From assembly GCA_002293535.1 (NCBI GenBank), contig DBDK01000008.1:311654-375653 (forward strand): 64,000 nucleotides of DNA. The letters run 5' to 3'. Shown in pieces: positions 29,399 through 38,407 of this stretch. Position 1 is the stretch's first letter. Each line of letters starts with the position of its first letter. This stretch comes from Alistipes sp. UBA934 (GTDB taxonomy: Bacteria > Bacteroidota > Bacteroidia > Bacteroidales > Rikenellaceae). The notes under the pieces were generated by a model that was given only the letters and a program-made list of their open reading frames with translations, searched no databases and had not been told where the DNA came from. The translations under genes and the position numbers were made by a program.

Positions 29399-31101
29399 AA
29401 AAACTTACGATACTTATTTTAGCGCTCACAGGCGCATTGACAGCGCGCGCCGATGAGGGTCTTTGGCTCCCTTACCAGATCGAAAGCCAAGTCAAAGATA
29501 TGCGCTCCAAGGGTTTTCGCCTCTCCGCGGACGACCTTTACAGCGTCAATAAACCCTCTCTGAGCGATGCCGTTGTGCTGTTCGGCGGTGGTTGTACGGG
29601 GGCGATCGTCTCCTCCGAAGGCCTGCTGCTTACCAATCACCACTGCGGTTTCGATCACATTGCCGATCACAGCACCCTTGAGCACGACTACCTTAAAAAC
29701 GGTTTTTGGGCTATGTCACAATCTGAAGAGCTGCCCAACCCCGACCTCGAAGTGCGCATCCTTGTACGAATGGAGAACGTGACAGATGCCGTCGATGCCG
29801 GCCAGCGACAGGTAATCCTTGAGCGTGCCACCGAAAACGGACGCTATAGGGCTGACATTAAGCCACTTTATTACGGTAATGAGCATTGGCTGTGGGTCTA
29901 TGAAGTCTTCACCGACGTGAGGCTCGTTGCAGCTCCACCCTCGGCGATCGGTAAGTTCGGCGGCGACACCGACAACTGGATGTGGCCTCGTCACACGGGC
30001 GATTTCTCGGTCTTCCGCATCTATGCCGACCGTAACAACCGCCCCGCAAACTTCTCGCCCGACAATGTACCCTATCGTCCCAAAAAGTTCTTCACCATCT
30101 CCACCGAGGGCTTGCAAGAAGGCGATTTCACATTCGTTTACGGTTTTCCGGGTACGACTCGCCAGTATGTCACATCAGACGAAGTGAAATATGTGGTCGA
30201 ACGCTCCAACCCGATGAAAATTCACGTCCGCACCCAGCGCCTCGCCGGTATCAAAGCGCTGATGGACAATAGTACCGCCGAGCGCATTGCCCTTGCATCA
30301 TTGCAGTCATCCATAGCTAACGGTTGGAAAAAGTGGCAAGGTGAGAGTTGGGGCCTTCAGCGTCGCAGAACAATCGCCCGCAAGCAGATTTATGAGGAGC
30401 GCTTCCGCCACTGGGCTGCCTCCCGACCCGAATATGCACGCTTGTTGGACAGTCTCGCAACAGCATACTCCCACGCCTCCGATCGACTGTTTTGGGGCGA
30501 ACTTCAGAACGAATCCACGGGCCTTGTGCGCTTCCCCGGTACCTTTAACTACGTCCCTGATGTGGTTCGCTGGTACACCCCATATATGAAAGCCCTGCGC
30601 GAATTCGACCCGGATCGCCGCTTCTATCCCGATGCAAACCTCACACTCAGAATCTCTTACGGAGCGATTGCGGGTTATCACGACGAGAACGACATTTGGC
30701 ATACTCCCTTTACCGACCTCGACGGAGTTATGGCAAAAGACAACCCCGATATTTACGATTACGACATACCGACGCGTCTGCGCGAACTCTTTGCCGAACA
30801 AGATTATGGACGTTGGGCTATCGCCACATCCTGTGGCCACAAGACCGTTCCCGTGTGCTTCCTGGCCTCGAACCACACCGCAGGAGGAAACTCCGGTAGT
30901 CCGGTTTTAAACGGTCACGGCCAAATCATCGGGTTGAACTTCGACCGCACGTGGCTCAGCACGATGAGCGATCTTGAGTTCGACGGTGAGTTTTGCCGCA
31001 ACATTTCGGTCGATATTCGCTATGTGATGTTCGTCATCGAGAAAGTGGGTGGCGCCGGATGGCTCACCCGTGAGATGACGTTTTCCAGGAGTAGGAACTG
31101 A
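29395..31101 (+). CDS. S46-family serine peptidase (dipeptidyl-peptidase 7/11-like)
   Basis: The start is at MKKLTILILALTGALTARADEGLWLP. The catalytic His motif is TNHHCG and the catalytic Ser motif is GGNSGSPVLN. Confidence 0.9.
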   Translation: MKKLTILILALTGALTARADEGLWLPYQIESQVKDMRSKGFRLSADDLYSVNKPSLSDAVVLFGGGCTGAIVSSEGLLLTNHHCGFDHIADHSTLEHDYLKNGFWAMSQSEELPNPDLEVRILVRMENVTDAVDAGQRQVILERATENGRYRADIKPLYYGNEHWLWVYEVFTDVRLVAAPPSAIGKFGGDTDNWMWPRHTGDFSVFRIYADRNNRPANFSPDNVPYRPKKFFTISTEGLQEGDFTFVYGFPGTTRQYVTSDEVKYVVERSNPMKIHVRTQRLAGIKALMDNSTAERIALASLQSSIANGWKKWQGESWGLQRRRTIARKQIYEERFRHWAASRPEYARLLDSLATAYSHASDRLFWGELQNESTGLVRFPGTFNYVPDVVRWYTPYMKALREFDPDRRFYPDANLTLRISYGAIAGYHDENDIWHTPFTDLDGVMAKDNPDIYDYDIPTRLRELFAEQDYGRWAIATSCGHKTVPVCFLASNHTAGGNSGSPVLNGHGQIIGLNFDRTWLSTMSDLEFDGEFCRNISVDIRYVMFVIEKVGGAGWLTREMTFSRSRN

Positions 31102-31103
31102 GA

Positions 31104-31126
31104 TAATCCCCCCCCGACAGGGATTA
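31104..31126. terminator. Possible bidirectional hairpin between convergent genes
   Basis: taatccc (31104-31110) pairs with gggatta (31120-31126) across a 9-nt loop. The stem is short and there is no clear U-tract. Confidence 0.3.
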
Positions 31127-31453
31127 AAGACTGTCAAATTCGGCGTCGGCAGCTGCACGTGCTTCCTGCTCGAAGAATTCGGGTTTGTGCTTCTTGACAT
31201 AGTCCACCACGTCCTCGAACCCTTCGGCGAATTTTGCGAAATCCTCCTTGTAAAGGAAGATCTTGTTCTTCTCGAACACCGGTGCTCCATCACGGTCGCT
31301 TCTTTTGCGCGACTCGGTCAGGGTCAGATAGTAATCGCCTCCGCGCGTCGATTTCACGTCGAAGAAATAGGTGCGTTTGCCCGCTTTCACGACTTTTGAA
31401 TACACGTCCTCACTTCCGCCATCGTCGCCGGCGCGGTAAAAATCGTCTCTCAT
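31124..31453 (-). CDS. PUR-alpha-like DNA/RNA-binding protein (DUF3276)
   Basis: 109 aa. KAGKRTYFFDVKSTRGGDYYLTLTESRK is typical of DUF3276. Confidence 0.85.
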   Translation of the reverse strand: MRDDFYRAGDDGGSEDVYSKVVKAGKRTYFFDVKSTRGGDYYLTLTESRKRSDRDGAPVFEKNKIFLYKEDFAKFAEGFEDVVDYVKKHKPEFFEQEARAAADAEFDSL

Positions 31454-31510
31454 CTCTCTTTTAGGTTACTTAAGGGAATTACAACTGCAAAGGTAATAAT
31501 ATCTTTTTAA

Positions 31511-32071
31511 TTACCAATTCTTTCCGCTCCGTCCCACCGTCGGCACTTTTTCACCTTCCATCTCTTCGCGGGTTTTGTCCTCTTCGACTTGCATCGCTTC
31601 CAGCATTTGCTCCGCCTCCTGGGGTGTTATTTGGGGTTGGCCACCTTGAGGTTGTTGTTCTTGGGGTTGCTCGTTCTCATTTTCTCCGCCTCCGCCCTGG
31701 GGTTGCTCCTGCTGTTCTTGTTCTTGTTCCTGCTCTTGCTCCTGCTCTTGTTCCTGCTTCAGCTTTTGTGCATAAGCAAGGTTATATTTCGCCTCATCGT
31801 CGTCCGGGGTTTGGCGCAGGGTCTGTTTGTAGAGCTCTATCGCCTCGTCCAACTTTTCGCCAACAAGCGCCACGTTTCCAAGATTGAAACTCACCTCCGG
31901 AAATGCCGGCTTCATCTGGAGCGCCTCGCCATATTTCGTTGCGGCTCCCGCCGTGTCGTTCTTTTCGAACAGCCGATTCCCCTCGCGCGCAACTCTCCGT
32001 TCGGGATACTTTTGCGCCCAGACCGAAGTCGCCACCAGCAGCAGTACGATTATACAGACGGTATTTCGCAT
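31511..32071 (-). CDS. Secreted TPR protein with (EQ)n/Q-rich acidic tail (BatC-like position)
   Basis: It has a signal peptide (MRNTVCIIVLLLVATSVWAQ), TPR repeats, and then QEQEQEQEQEQEQEQQEQPQGGGG. Confidence 0.8.
   Translation of the reverse strand: MRNTVCIIVLLLVATSVWAQKYPERRVAREGNRLFEKNDTAGAATKYGEALQMKPAFPEVSFNLGNVALVGEKLDEAIELYKQTLRQTPDDDEAKYNLAYAQKLKQEQEQEQEQEQEQEQQEQPQGGGGENENEQPQEQQPQGGQPQITPQEAEQMLEAMQVEEDKTREEMEGEKVPTVGRSGKNW
31705..31758. repeat. Hexanucleotide-type tandem repeat (ctgYtc/ttgYtc)n encoding (EQ)n on the minus strand
   Basis: The sequence reads tcctgctgttcttgttcttgttcctgctcttgctcctgctcttgttcctgc. Confidence 0.85.
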
Positions 32072-33006
32072 TTGGTCTCCTCCACAAAATAGTATGCGTT
32101 ATTCCAATAGGCTTCTGCTGCAGGAACATCGGGCGTAAGTTTGGCAAATTTCACCAAGTCGGCCGTCCTCAGCAGTTCGCCCAAATCACTGTAACGTTTT
32201 TCGTCCACAGTTCCCTCCTTGCGTGGTTCGTCCAGCGCGTCCAGGATCTCTGCCGAGGTCATCTCCATCGCCCCTATGCTGAAGCGTGCATCCAAATATT
32301 CGCGCAAAATGTCCGTCAGACCACTGTAGTATTGCTTGTGGCGTCCGTTTTGGGGTAATTTTTGATCTTTCAGCTCCTCCAGTCGGCGTATTGCTTCCAC
32401 GTGGGGCGGCTCTTTTTCGCGCTCGCCTCCCAACAGAGGTATTTTGTGGCGGTATTTAATAAGCAACCAGATCCCCGTTCCAATCACAGCCAGCCCCAGC
32501 AATCCCAATGCCAGCCACCCGGCTATCTCTCCGAATTTCAACGGTATGTGCTTTATTCCGTAGGGTTTGTCAGTCTCCAGATTTATATCGAAAGTGGAGA
32601 CTGTGATGCGCAAACTGTCGGCGGTAAGCAGCGTATCGACCGTATTTTTATCTACTAACAGCGCCGGAAAGCGCCCCATATTATAATTCCCCTCGCGCCA
32701 TATCGTCATCAGATAGCGCTTTCGCAAGGTTTGCCGCCGTCCATCCTCGGAAAGCGTATCCACCGCTTCACTCAGCACCTCCACGTTTTCAATCAGTTCC
32801 TCACCCGGCTCCCCCATCAGAGTCGGAAAATCGACCACCTGCATCAGGTCCTTTTCCACCTTCACCTCAAGATTGAACTGGTCGCCGATCATCACACTGT
32901 CGCGATCGAACGACGCAGTCACCGTTGGCAGCTCCTGCGCCCCCATCTCCGTCAAAGCTCCCGCACCAGCCAGCATCACGGCCACTATCGTTCTCAGCCA
33001 CTTCAT
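32050..33006 (-). CDS. BatD-like/DUF4381-like membrane protein of the MoxR-DUF58 operon
   Basis: 318 aa with a signal peptide. An internal TM helix (IAGWLALGLLGLAVIGTGIWLLI) is followed by EAIRRLEELK.... Confidence 0.65.
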   Translation of the reverse strand: MKWLRTIVAVMLAGAGALTEMGAQELPTVTASFDRDSVMIGDQFNLEVKVEKDLMQVVDFPTLMGEPGEELIENVEVLSEAVDTLSEDGRRQTLRKRYLMTIWREGNYNMGRFPALLVDKNTVDTLLTADSLRITVSTFDINLETDKPYGIKHIPLKFGEIAGWLALGLLGLAVIGTGIWLLIKYRHKIPLLGGEREKEPPHVEAIRRLEELKDQKLPQNGRHKQYYSGLTDILREYLDARFSIGAMEMTSAEILDALDEPRKEGTVDEKRYSDLGELLRTADLVKFAKLTPDVPAAEAYWNNAYYFVEETKCEIPSV

Positions 33007-33890
33007 CTCTTCTTGAACAGTTTTACTAACTCGCGCACATAATCCTCACCTGTGCGCGCCGTGGCGGTATCTACTTTATAATGTTTAAGCAACGCCTCTA
33101 TTGCCGTGATGCGAGCCTGGTGCGCCACTGCATAATTTTCGCGCAGACGTTTTGACGAAGTATCGACCCACATCCGCCGCCCTGTCTCAGCATCCTCGAC
33201 CTCCATCACCCCAACGTCCGGCATCTCCCCTTCGCGCCTGTCCTCCACCCTCACTGCCACCAGGTCGTGTTTTCCTGTCGCGATCTTCAGCGCATCCCTG
33301 AGCGGGGCTTCGTCGCTCGCCGGGAACAGGAAGTCCGACAAAACGAACGCCGTGGAACGCTTCGGAAGCACATTTGTCAAGGCCCTCAACGGTTCGGCCA
33401 AAGAGGTTCCGCGTCCCACCGCCTCGAACTCCAGCAACTCCCTTATGATCATTAAAATATGTCCTCTGCCCTTTGCCGGCGGTATGAACTTTTCCACACG
33501 GTCGCTAAATAGCATTGCCCCCACCTTGTCGCCCGTCTGCGACGCCGAAAATGCCAACACCGCCGCGATCTCCGTTTGCAGCCCCTTCTTGGTCTGCGCC
33601 GTTGTCCCGAATGCCGACGAGCCGCTAATATCCACCAGCAACATCACCGTAAGCTCCCTTTCTTCTTCGTAGATTTTCACGTGCGGGCGGTTCGAGCGGG
33701 CGGTCACGTTCCAGTCGATATCTCTCACATCGTCGCCCACGCGATATTCCCTTACTTCGCTGAACGACATACCTCTCCCGCGAAACGCGCTATGGTATTG
33801 ACCTGCAAAGATCTCGTTCGACAGCCCGCGGCTCTTTATCTCCAGCCGCCGTACCTTTTTCAGTATGTCTTTCTCAGGGGACGATGACAT
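33003..33890 (-). CDS. DUF58 domain protein
   Basis: 295 aa with the motif FSEVREYRVGDDVRDIDWN. Confidence 0.9.
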   Translation of the reverse strand: MSSSPEKDILKKVRRLEIKSRGLSNEIFAGQYHSAFRGRGMSFSEVREYRVGDDVRDIDWNVTARSNRPHVKIYEEERELTVMLLVDISGSSAFGTTAQTKKGLQTEIAAVLAFSASQTGDKVGAMLFSDRVEKFIPPAKGRGHILMIIRELLEFEAVGRGTSLAEPLRALTNVLPKRSTAFVLSDFLFPASDEAPLRDALKIATGKHDLVAVRVEDRREGEMPDVGVMEVEDAETGRRMWVDTSSKRLRENYAVAHQARITAIEALLKHYKVDTATARTGEDYVRELVKLFKKR

Positions 33891-34875
33891 TATTCAGAAT
33901 CTGCGCAATAATTTCTTCCGTGGTAACATTTTCTGCTTCGGCTTCGTACGTCAGCCCGATGCGATGGCGCAAAACATCCGCACATACCGCCCTCACGTCT
34001 TCCGGGATCACATAACCGCGTCGCTTTATGAATGCATAGCTCTTTGCCGCCCGCGCCAACGAGATACTTGCCCTGGGCGAACCACCATAACTAATGAGCG
34101 TCGAAAGAGACTCCAGCCCATATTCCGCCGGCGTGCGCGTTGCAAAGACTATATCGATTATGTACTTCTCGATCTTCTCGTCCATATAAACTTCGCTCAC
34201 CACTCCCCTCGCTCTCACGATATCTTCCGGCTCGATGACTTTATTCGGATGTGGCATCCCCCCGCCCGCAAGGTTCATTCTCACGATGTCACGCTCCTCC
34301 TGCTTCTTGGGATAAGTCAATTTAACCTTAAGCAGGAAGCGATCCACCTGCGCTTCGGGTAACGGATAGGTACCTTCTTGTTCCAGAGGGTTTTGCGTTG
34401 CCATCACAAGGAACGGTTGAGGCAGTGGGTAGGTTTCGTCGCCGATGGTCACCTGCCGCTCCTGCATCGCTTCCAGCAACGCACTTTGCACCTTTGCCGG
34501 CGAGCGGTTTATTTCATCCGCCAGTACGAAGTTTGCAAAGATCGGCCCCTTGCGCACCGTGAACTCCTCTTTCTTCTGCGAGTAGATCATTGTTCCCACC
34601 AAGTCTGCCGGCAACAGGTCGGGGGTGAACTGAATCCTCGCGAACTTCGCATCTACCGCTTCAGACAACGTCGTGATAGCCAATGTTTTTGCCAGTCCCG
34701 GCACCCCTTCCAGCAATATGTGCCCATTGCTCAACAGCCCGATCAGTAGCGAATCCACCAAATGTTTTTGGCCCACGATCACCTTTCCCATCTCCATTTG
34801 CAGCGTATCCACAAACAGACTTTCGCGCTCTATGCGCTCGCTCAACTCTTTGATATTAACCACTTCACTCATCAC
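33874..34875 (-). CDS. MoxR-family AAA+ ATPase
   Basis: 333 aa with Walker A GVPGLAKT, plus FANFVLADEINRSPAKVQSALLEAMQE. Confidence 0.95.
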   Translation of the reverse strand: MMSEVVNIKELSERIERESLFVDTLQMEMGKVIVGQKHLVDSLLIGLLSNGHILLEGVPGLAKTLAITTLSEAVDAKFARIQFTPDLLPADLVGTMIYSQKKEEFTVRKGPIFANFVLADEINRSPAKVQSALLEAMQERQVTIGDETYPLPQPFLVMATQNPLEQEGTYPLPEAQVDRFLLKVKLTYPKKQEERDIVRMNLAGGGMPHPNKVIEPEDIVRARGVVSEVYMDEKIEKYIIDIVFATRTPAEYGLESLSTLISYGGSPRASISLARAAKSYAFIKRRGYVIPEDVRAVCADVLRHRIGLTYEAEAENVTTEEIIAQILNNVIVP

Positions 34876-34899
34876 TCCTTAAATTTATTGCAAAAATAA

Positions 34900-35421
34900 T
34901 TATTTCTGTCGAATGAAAAAATCGCTGCCGGCGTTCCGGCCTTTCTTTTGAAAAGCATCCCTGGGCGTCCCGTCTGTCAAAATAATTACTCCGCAACGCA
35001 CAAATCCCTCTCGCTCTAACAGGCTCTGCATCACGTCGTTATTACTGTGTGTATCCACTCTCAGGTTGCCGCATTGCTCCAGACTCCACCTCAGACACTC
35101 TTCCCCTACCCCTTTCACGCTTCCGTCCGAGGCCAGCCTGTGCACCACTCCATAAGGTTCGCAATCGAGCCACTCTCCGTCGTATATCTTCACGTATGTC
35201 GGCTCCGGCGCCACTGCAAACCAAAAAGTCGCCACCACCGTCCCGTCCTGCACCGTCACCCATTGCTCCCCTGCGTCGATTCCTGCTCCCACCAGCTCCA
35301 CCGAGGGGTAGCCTCCCACCCACTGCACGTTGTTCCCGCGCGAGCGCATAAACCTTCGCGCGGCGTCGTAAATCTCCATAAGCCGCGGCAGTTCATCGCG
35401 CCGCGCACGCCTAATTTCCAT
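34900..35421 (-). CDS. GNAT-family N-acetyltransferase
   Basis: The start is at MEIRRARRDELPRLMEIYDAARRFM (ATG 35419-35421). The protein is 173 aa. Confidence 0.8.
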   Translation of the reverse strand: MEIRRARRDELPRLMEIYDAARRFMRSRGNNVQWVGGYPSVELVGAGIDAGEQWVTVQDGTVVATFWFAVAPEPTYVKIYDGEWLDCEPYGVVHRLASDGSVKGVGEECLRWSLEQCGNLRVDTHSNNDVMQSLLEREGFVRCGVIILTDGTPRDAFQKKGRNAGSDFFIRQK

Positions 35422-35522
35422 AAACGACAAAATTAGTATATTTTTACGAAAGATATCTCTTTCGTGAATATAGGCCGCGCCTCGGCAAAGAAAATAAATT
35501 TTCATTTGCTCTCGGCTTGCAC

Positions 35523-35530
35523 TATATTTG
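35523..35530 (+). promoter_or_regulatory. -7 box TATATTTG upstream of the helicase gene
   Basis: Matches TAnnTTTG. The ATG at 35535 follows closely. Confidence 0.4.
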
Positions 35531-35534
35531 CAGA

Positions 35535-37766
35535 ATGAACCAAATTCTTGAAAACTTAAATCCCCCGCAGCGCGAGGCAGTTGTCTATTTCGAGGGACCG
35601 TCGTTGATTATTGCCGGGGCCGGGTCGGGCAAAACGCGCGTACTCACCTCGCGCATAGCATATATGATCTCCCAGGGTGTTCCGCCGCACAATATTCTCG
35701 CACTCACCTTTACCAACAAAGCCGCCAACGAAATGCGTAGCCGCATAGCGGAGATGGTCGGGCGCTCCAGTCGCTACATCCAGATGGGCACCTTCCACTC
35801 GATCTTCCTGCGAATCCTGCGCACCGAGCACGAAAAGATAGGCTACCCTCAGGCGTTCACGATCTATGATACGACCGACTCTCAGAACCTTGTGAAGTCG
35901 ATTTGCAAAGAGCTCGGATTGTGCAACAGTGACAAAGATAACGACAAATACAAGCCCCGCTCGGTATTCGCCAAAATTTCGCGCCTCAAAAACGACCTCG
36001 TCACCCCCGGTGTGTGCGAAAAAGAGGAGAAGGACGCCAATTTCGTCGAGATTTACCGCCGCTATGTAGCCCGGTGCAAGGCCAACGGTGCTATGGATTT
36101 CGACGACCTGCTCGTCAATATGGTCATCCTGCTCAAGAACAATCCCGACGTGCTTGAGAAGTATCGCGCTATGTTCCGTTATATCCTCGTGGACGAGTAT
36201 CAGGACACCAACCACGTTCAGTACCTGATAGTCAAGGCACTCGCAATGGATCACAAAAACATTTGCGTCGTGGGCGACGACTCCCAGAGTATTTACTCTT
36301 TCCGCGGCGCGAGAATCGAGAATATCCTCAATTTCAAGCGCGATTTTCCTGCTGCGCAAGTTTACAAGCTGGAGCAAAATTACCGTTCTACTCAGGTCAT
36401 CGTCAAGGCTGCCAACGGTGTGATATCCAGGAACCGCTCGTCGCAGGAGCTCAAAAAGGAGTGCTTTTCGGATGGAGCGCGGGGTGAGAACATCAAACTT
36501 CTGAAGGCTTATACCGACCGCGAGGAGGCCGAGGTGGTTGCCGGCGAGATCCGCAATCTTGGGCGCACCGGCGTTCCGTGGGAGCAGATCGCCGTTCTGT
36601 ACCGTATCAATGCCCTTTCGCGCGGTATCGAAGAGAGTCTCCGCCGGCGCGACATACCTTATAAGATATACCGCGGCCACTCGTTTTTCGACCGCAAGGA
36701 GATCAAAGACCTGTTGGCCTATTTTCGGCTGATCGTCAATCCGCGCGACGACGAGGCTTTCCGGCGCATTGTCAATTATCCCACACGCGGCATCGGTGAG
36801 GTCACTCTCGGTAAGGTCACCGCCGCTGCCCGTGAAAAAGGCATCTCTCTTTGGGAGGCCGCCGTGGAAACAGACGACAAGAAGATCTCCGCCTTTGCCG
36901 AGCTTATCGAGAGTCTGGCTTTTCTGCTCACCGAATCGAGCCTCTATGATTTCGGTCACCAGGTGGCCGTTCGCTCCGGCATCGTCGGTTCATATCGTGC
37001 CGACCGCTCTATGGAGGCGACCTCCGCACTGGAAAACATCGAAGAGCTCTTAAACTCTATGGCCGGCGACCCAGACTCCGACAACCTTATCGACTCTCCC
37101 GCTCCCCTTTCGCTCGACGAATGGTTGCAGAACGTGGCCCTTATGACCGACGGCGATGACGACGCCGGCGACAACCCCCACAAAGTTTCGCTGATGACCG
37201 TCCATTCGGCTAAGGGTTTGGAGTTCAAATATGTCTTTGTGATGGGGCTTGAGGAGGATCTGTTCCCTTCGACCCGTGAGGGTGACTCATCCGAGATCGA
37301 AGAGGAACGGCGACTGTTTTATGTTGCCCTCACCCGTGCCCGCGAACGCGCTTTCGTTTCGATGGCCGAGATGCGCTTCATTCACGGCTCGATGGATTTT
37401 CGCCGTCCCAGCCGCTTTGTGGGCGAGATCGACGAGGACTTTCTCGACAGCGGCAGCAGGCCCTCCCCCAAGCCTCCGCAATCTTCTCGCCCGAATTTCC
37501 AACCACCCAGCCCTCGCCTCCGACCCATAGGCAGCCGTCCTGTCGCAGAGCCGATGCCACCTCGTCCCGCTCCTGCTTCCAATGACGGTTTGGTGCCCGA
37601 TGCCCGCGTAAGCCACTCAAAGTTCGGTCCCGGTACGATTCTCGAAGTCGAGTTGGCCGCCGGCGCCACCAATCCTAACGACCTTAAGATCGTCGTCTCG
37701 TTCGACAACCCCGACCACGGTAGAAAGACGCTCCTGAGTAAATTCGCCCGCCTCGATTTGTTATGA
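35535..37766 (+). CDS. ATP-dependent DNA helicase, UvrD/PcrA/Rep family
   Basis: The start is at MNQILENLNPPQREAV. It has Walker A AGAGSGKT and the DEYQDTN motif, plus a P-rich linker before the C-terminal Tudor-like tail. Confidence 0.95.
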   Translation: MNQILENLNPPQREAVVYFEGPSLIIAGAGSGKTRVLTSRIAYMISQGVPPHNILALTFTNKAANEMRSRIAEMVGRSSRYIQMGTFHSIFLRILRTEHEKIGYPQAFTIYDTTDSQNLVKSICKELGLCNSDKDNDKYKPRSVFAKISRLKNDLVTPGVCEKEEKDANFVEIYRRYVARCKANGAMDFDDLLVNMVILLKNNPDVLEKYRAMFRYILVDEYQDTNHVQYLIVKALAMDHKNICVVGDDSQSIYSFRGARIENILNFKRDFPAAQVYKLEQNYRSTQVIVKAANGVISRNRSSQELKKECFSDGARGENIKLLKAYTDREEAEVVAGEIRNLGRTGVPWEQIAVLYRINALSRGIEESLRRRDIPYKIYRGHSFFDRKEIKDLLAYFRLIVNPRDDEAFRRIVNYPTRGIGEVTLGKVTAAAREKGISLWEAAVETDDKKISAFAELIESLAFLLTESSLYDFGHQVAVRSGIVGSYRADRSMEATSALENIEELLNSMAGDPDSDNLIDSPAPLSLDEWLQNVALMTDGDDDAGDNPHKVSLMTVHSAKGLEFKYVFVMGLEEDLFPSTREGDSSEIEEERRLFYVALTRARERAFVSMAEMRFIHGSMDFRRPSRFVGEIDEDFLDSGSRPSPKPPQSSRPNFQPPSPRLRPIGSRPVAEPMPPRPAPASNDGLVPDARVSHSKFGPGTILEVELAAGATNPNDLKIVVSFDNPDHGRKTLLSKFARLDLL

Positions 37767-38407
37767 CACTGAAAGAAAGATACGAAGGCATCCTTTCGTG
37801 GTTTGCTGCAAACGTTCCCGTAGCCGAAACCGAGCTCCGGTACGAAAATCCCTGGCAGTTGCTCGTGGCCGTAGTCCTCTCTGCCCAGTGCACCGACAAG
37901 CGCGTGAACCTTACCACTCCCGCGCTTCTCGAACGCTTTCCCACTCCTGCTGCAATGGCCCAAGCCGACGCCGACGACATTTATCCATACATACGCAGTA
38001 TCTCCTATCCCAACAACAAGGCTAAAAACCTCGCCGCACTGGCGCGCAAACTTACAGAGGAACATAACGGCATCATCCCTGCCGAACGCGACGAGCTCGT
38101 GAAACTTCCGGGCGTGGGTCGCAAGACCGCCAACGTAATTGGTGCAGTGTTGTTCGACAAACCCGTAATGGCGGTCGATACCCACGTTTTCCGCGTCTCC
38201 CGCCGTACCGGTCTCGCCCCGCAAGATGCCAAAACCCCTCTTGCCGTCGAGCTTGCCCTAACCGCTAACATTCCCCCGGAGCTCGTACCTAAGGCTCATC
38301 ATTGGTTGATTCTCCACGGTCGTTATGTTTGTACGGCCCGCCGGCCCCACTGCGAAAGTTGCGGCATCGCTCCTTGGTGCAAAAAAATCATTACCTTTGC
38401 AGGGTGA
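37763..38407 (+). CDS. nth: Endonuclease III
   Basis: 214 aa with the HhH motif LPGVGRKTANV and the Fe-S cluster CTARRPHCESCGIAPWC. Confidence 0.96.
   Translation: MTLKERYEGILSWFAANVPVAETELRYENPWQLLVAVVLSAQCTDKRVNLTTPALLERFPTPAAMAQADADDIYPYIRSISYPNNKAKNLAALARKLTEEHNGIIPAERDELVKLPGVGRKTANVIGAVLFDKPVMAVDTHVFRVSRRTGLAPQDAKTPLAVELALTANIPPELVPKAHHWLILHGRYVCTARRPHCESCGIAPWCKKIITFAG

Noticed and set aside
31589-32092. Leu-rich 167-aa plus-strand ORF. The same reasoning applies to the Gly/Ser-rich minus-strand ORF at 38625..38864.
   Set aside because: These are mirror images of the (EQ)n and P/D/E/T low-complexity coding tracts on the opposite strand.
35556-36959. 467-aa minus-strand ORF.
   Set aside because: It lies entirely antisense to the UvrD/PcrA-family helicase gene, which has unambiguous helicase motifs. 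The ORF has low-complexity, Arg/Gly/Val-rich composition and no motifs.
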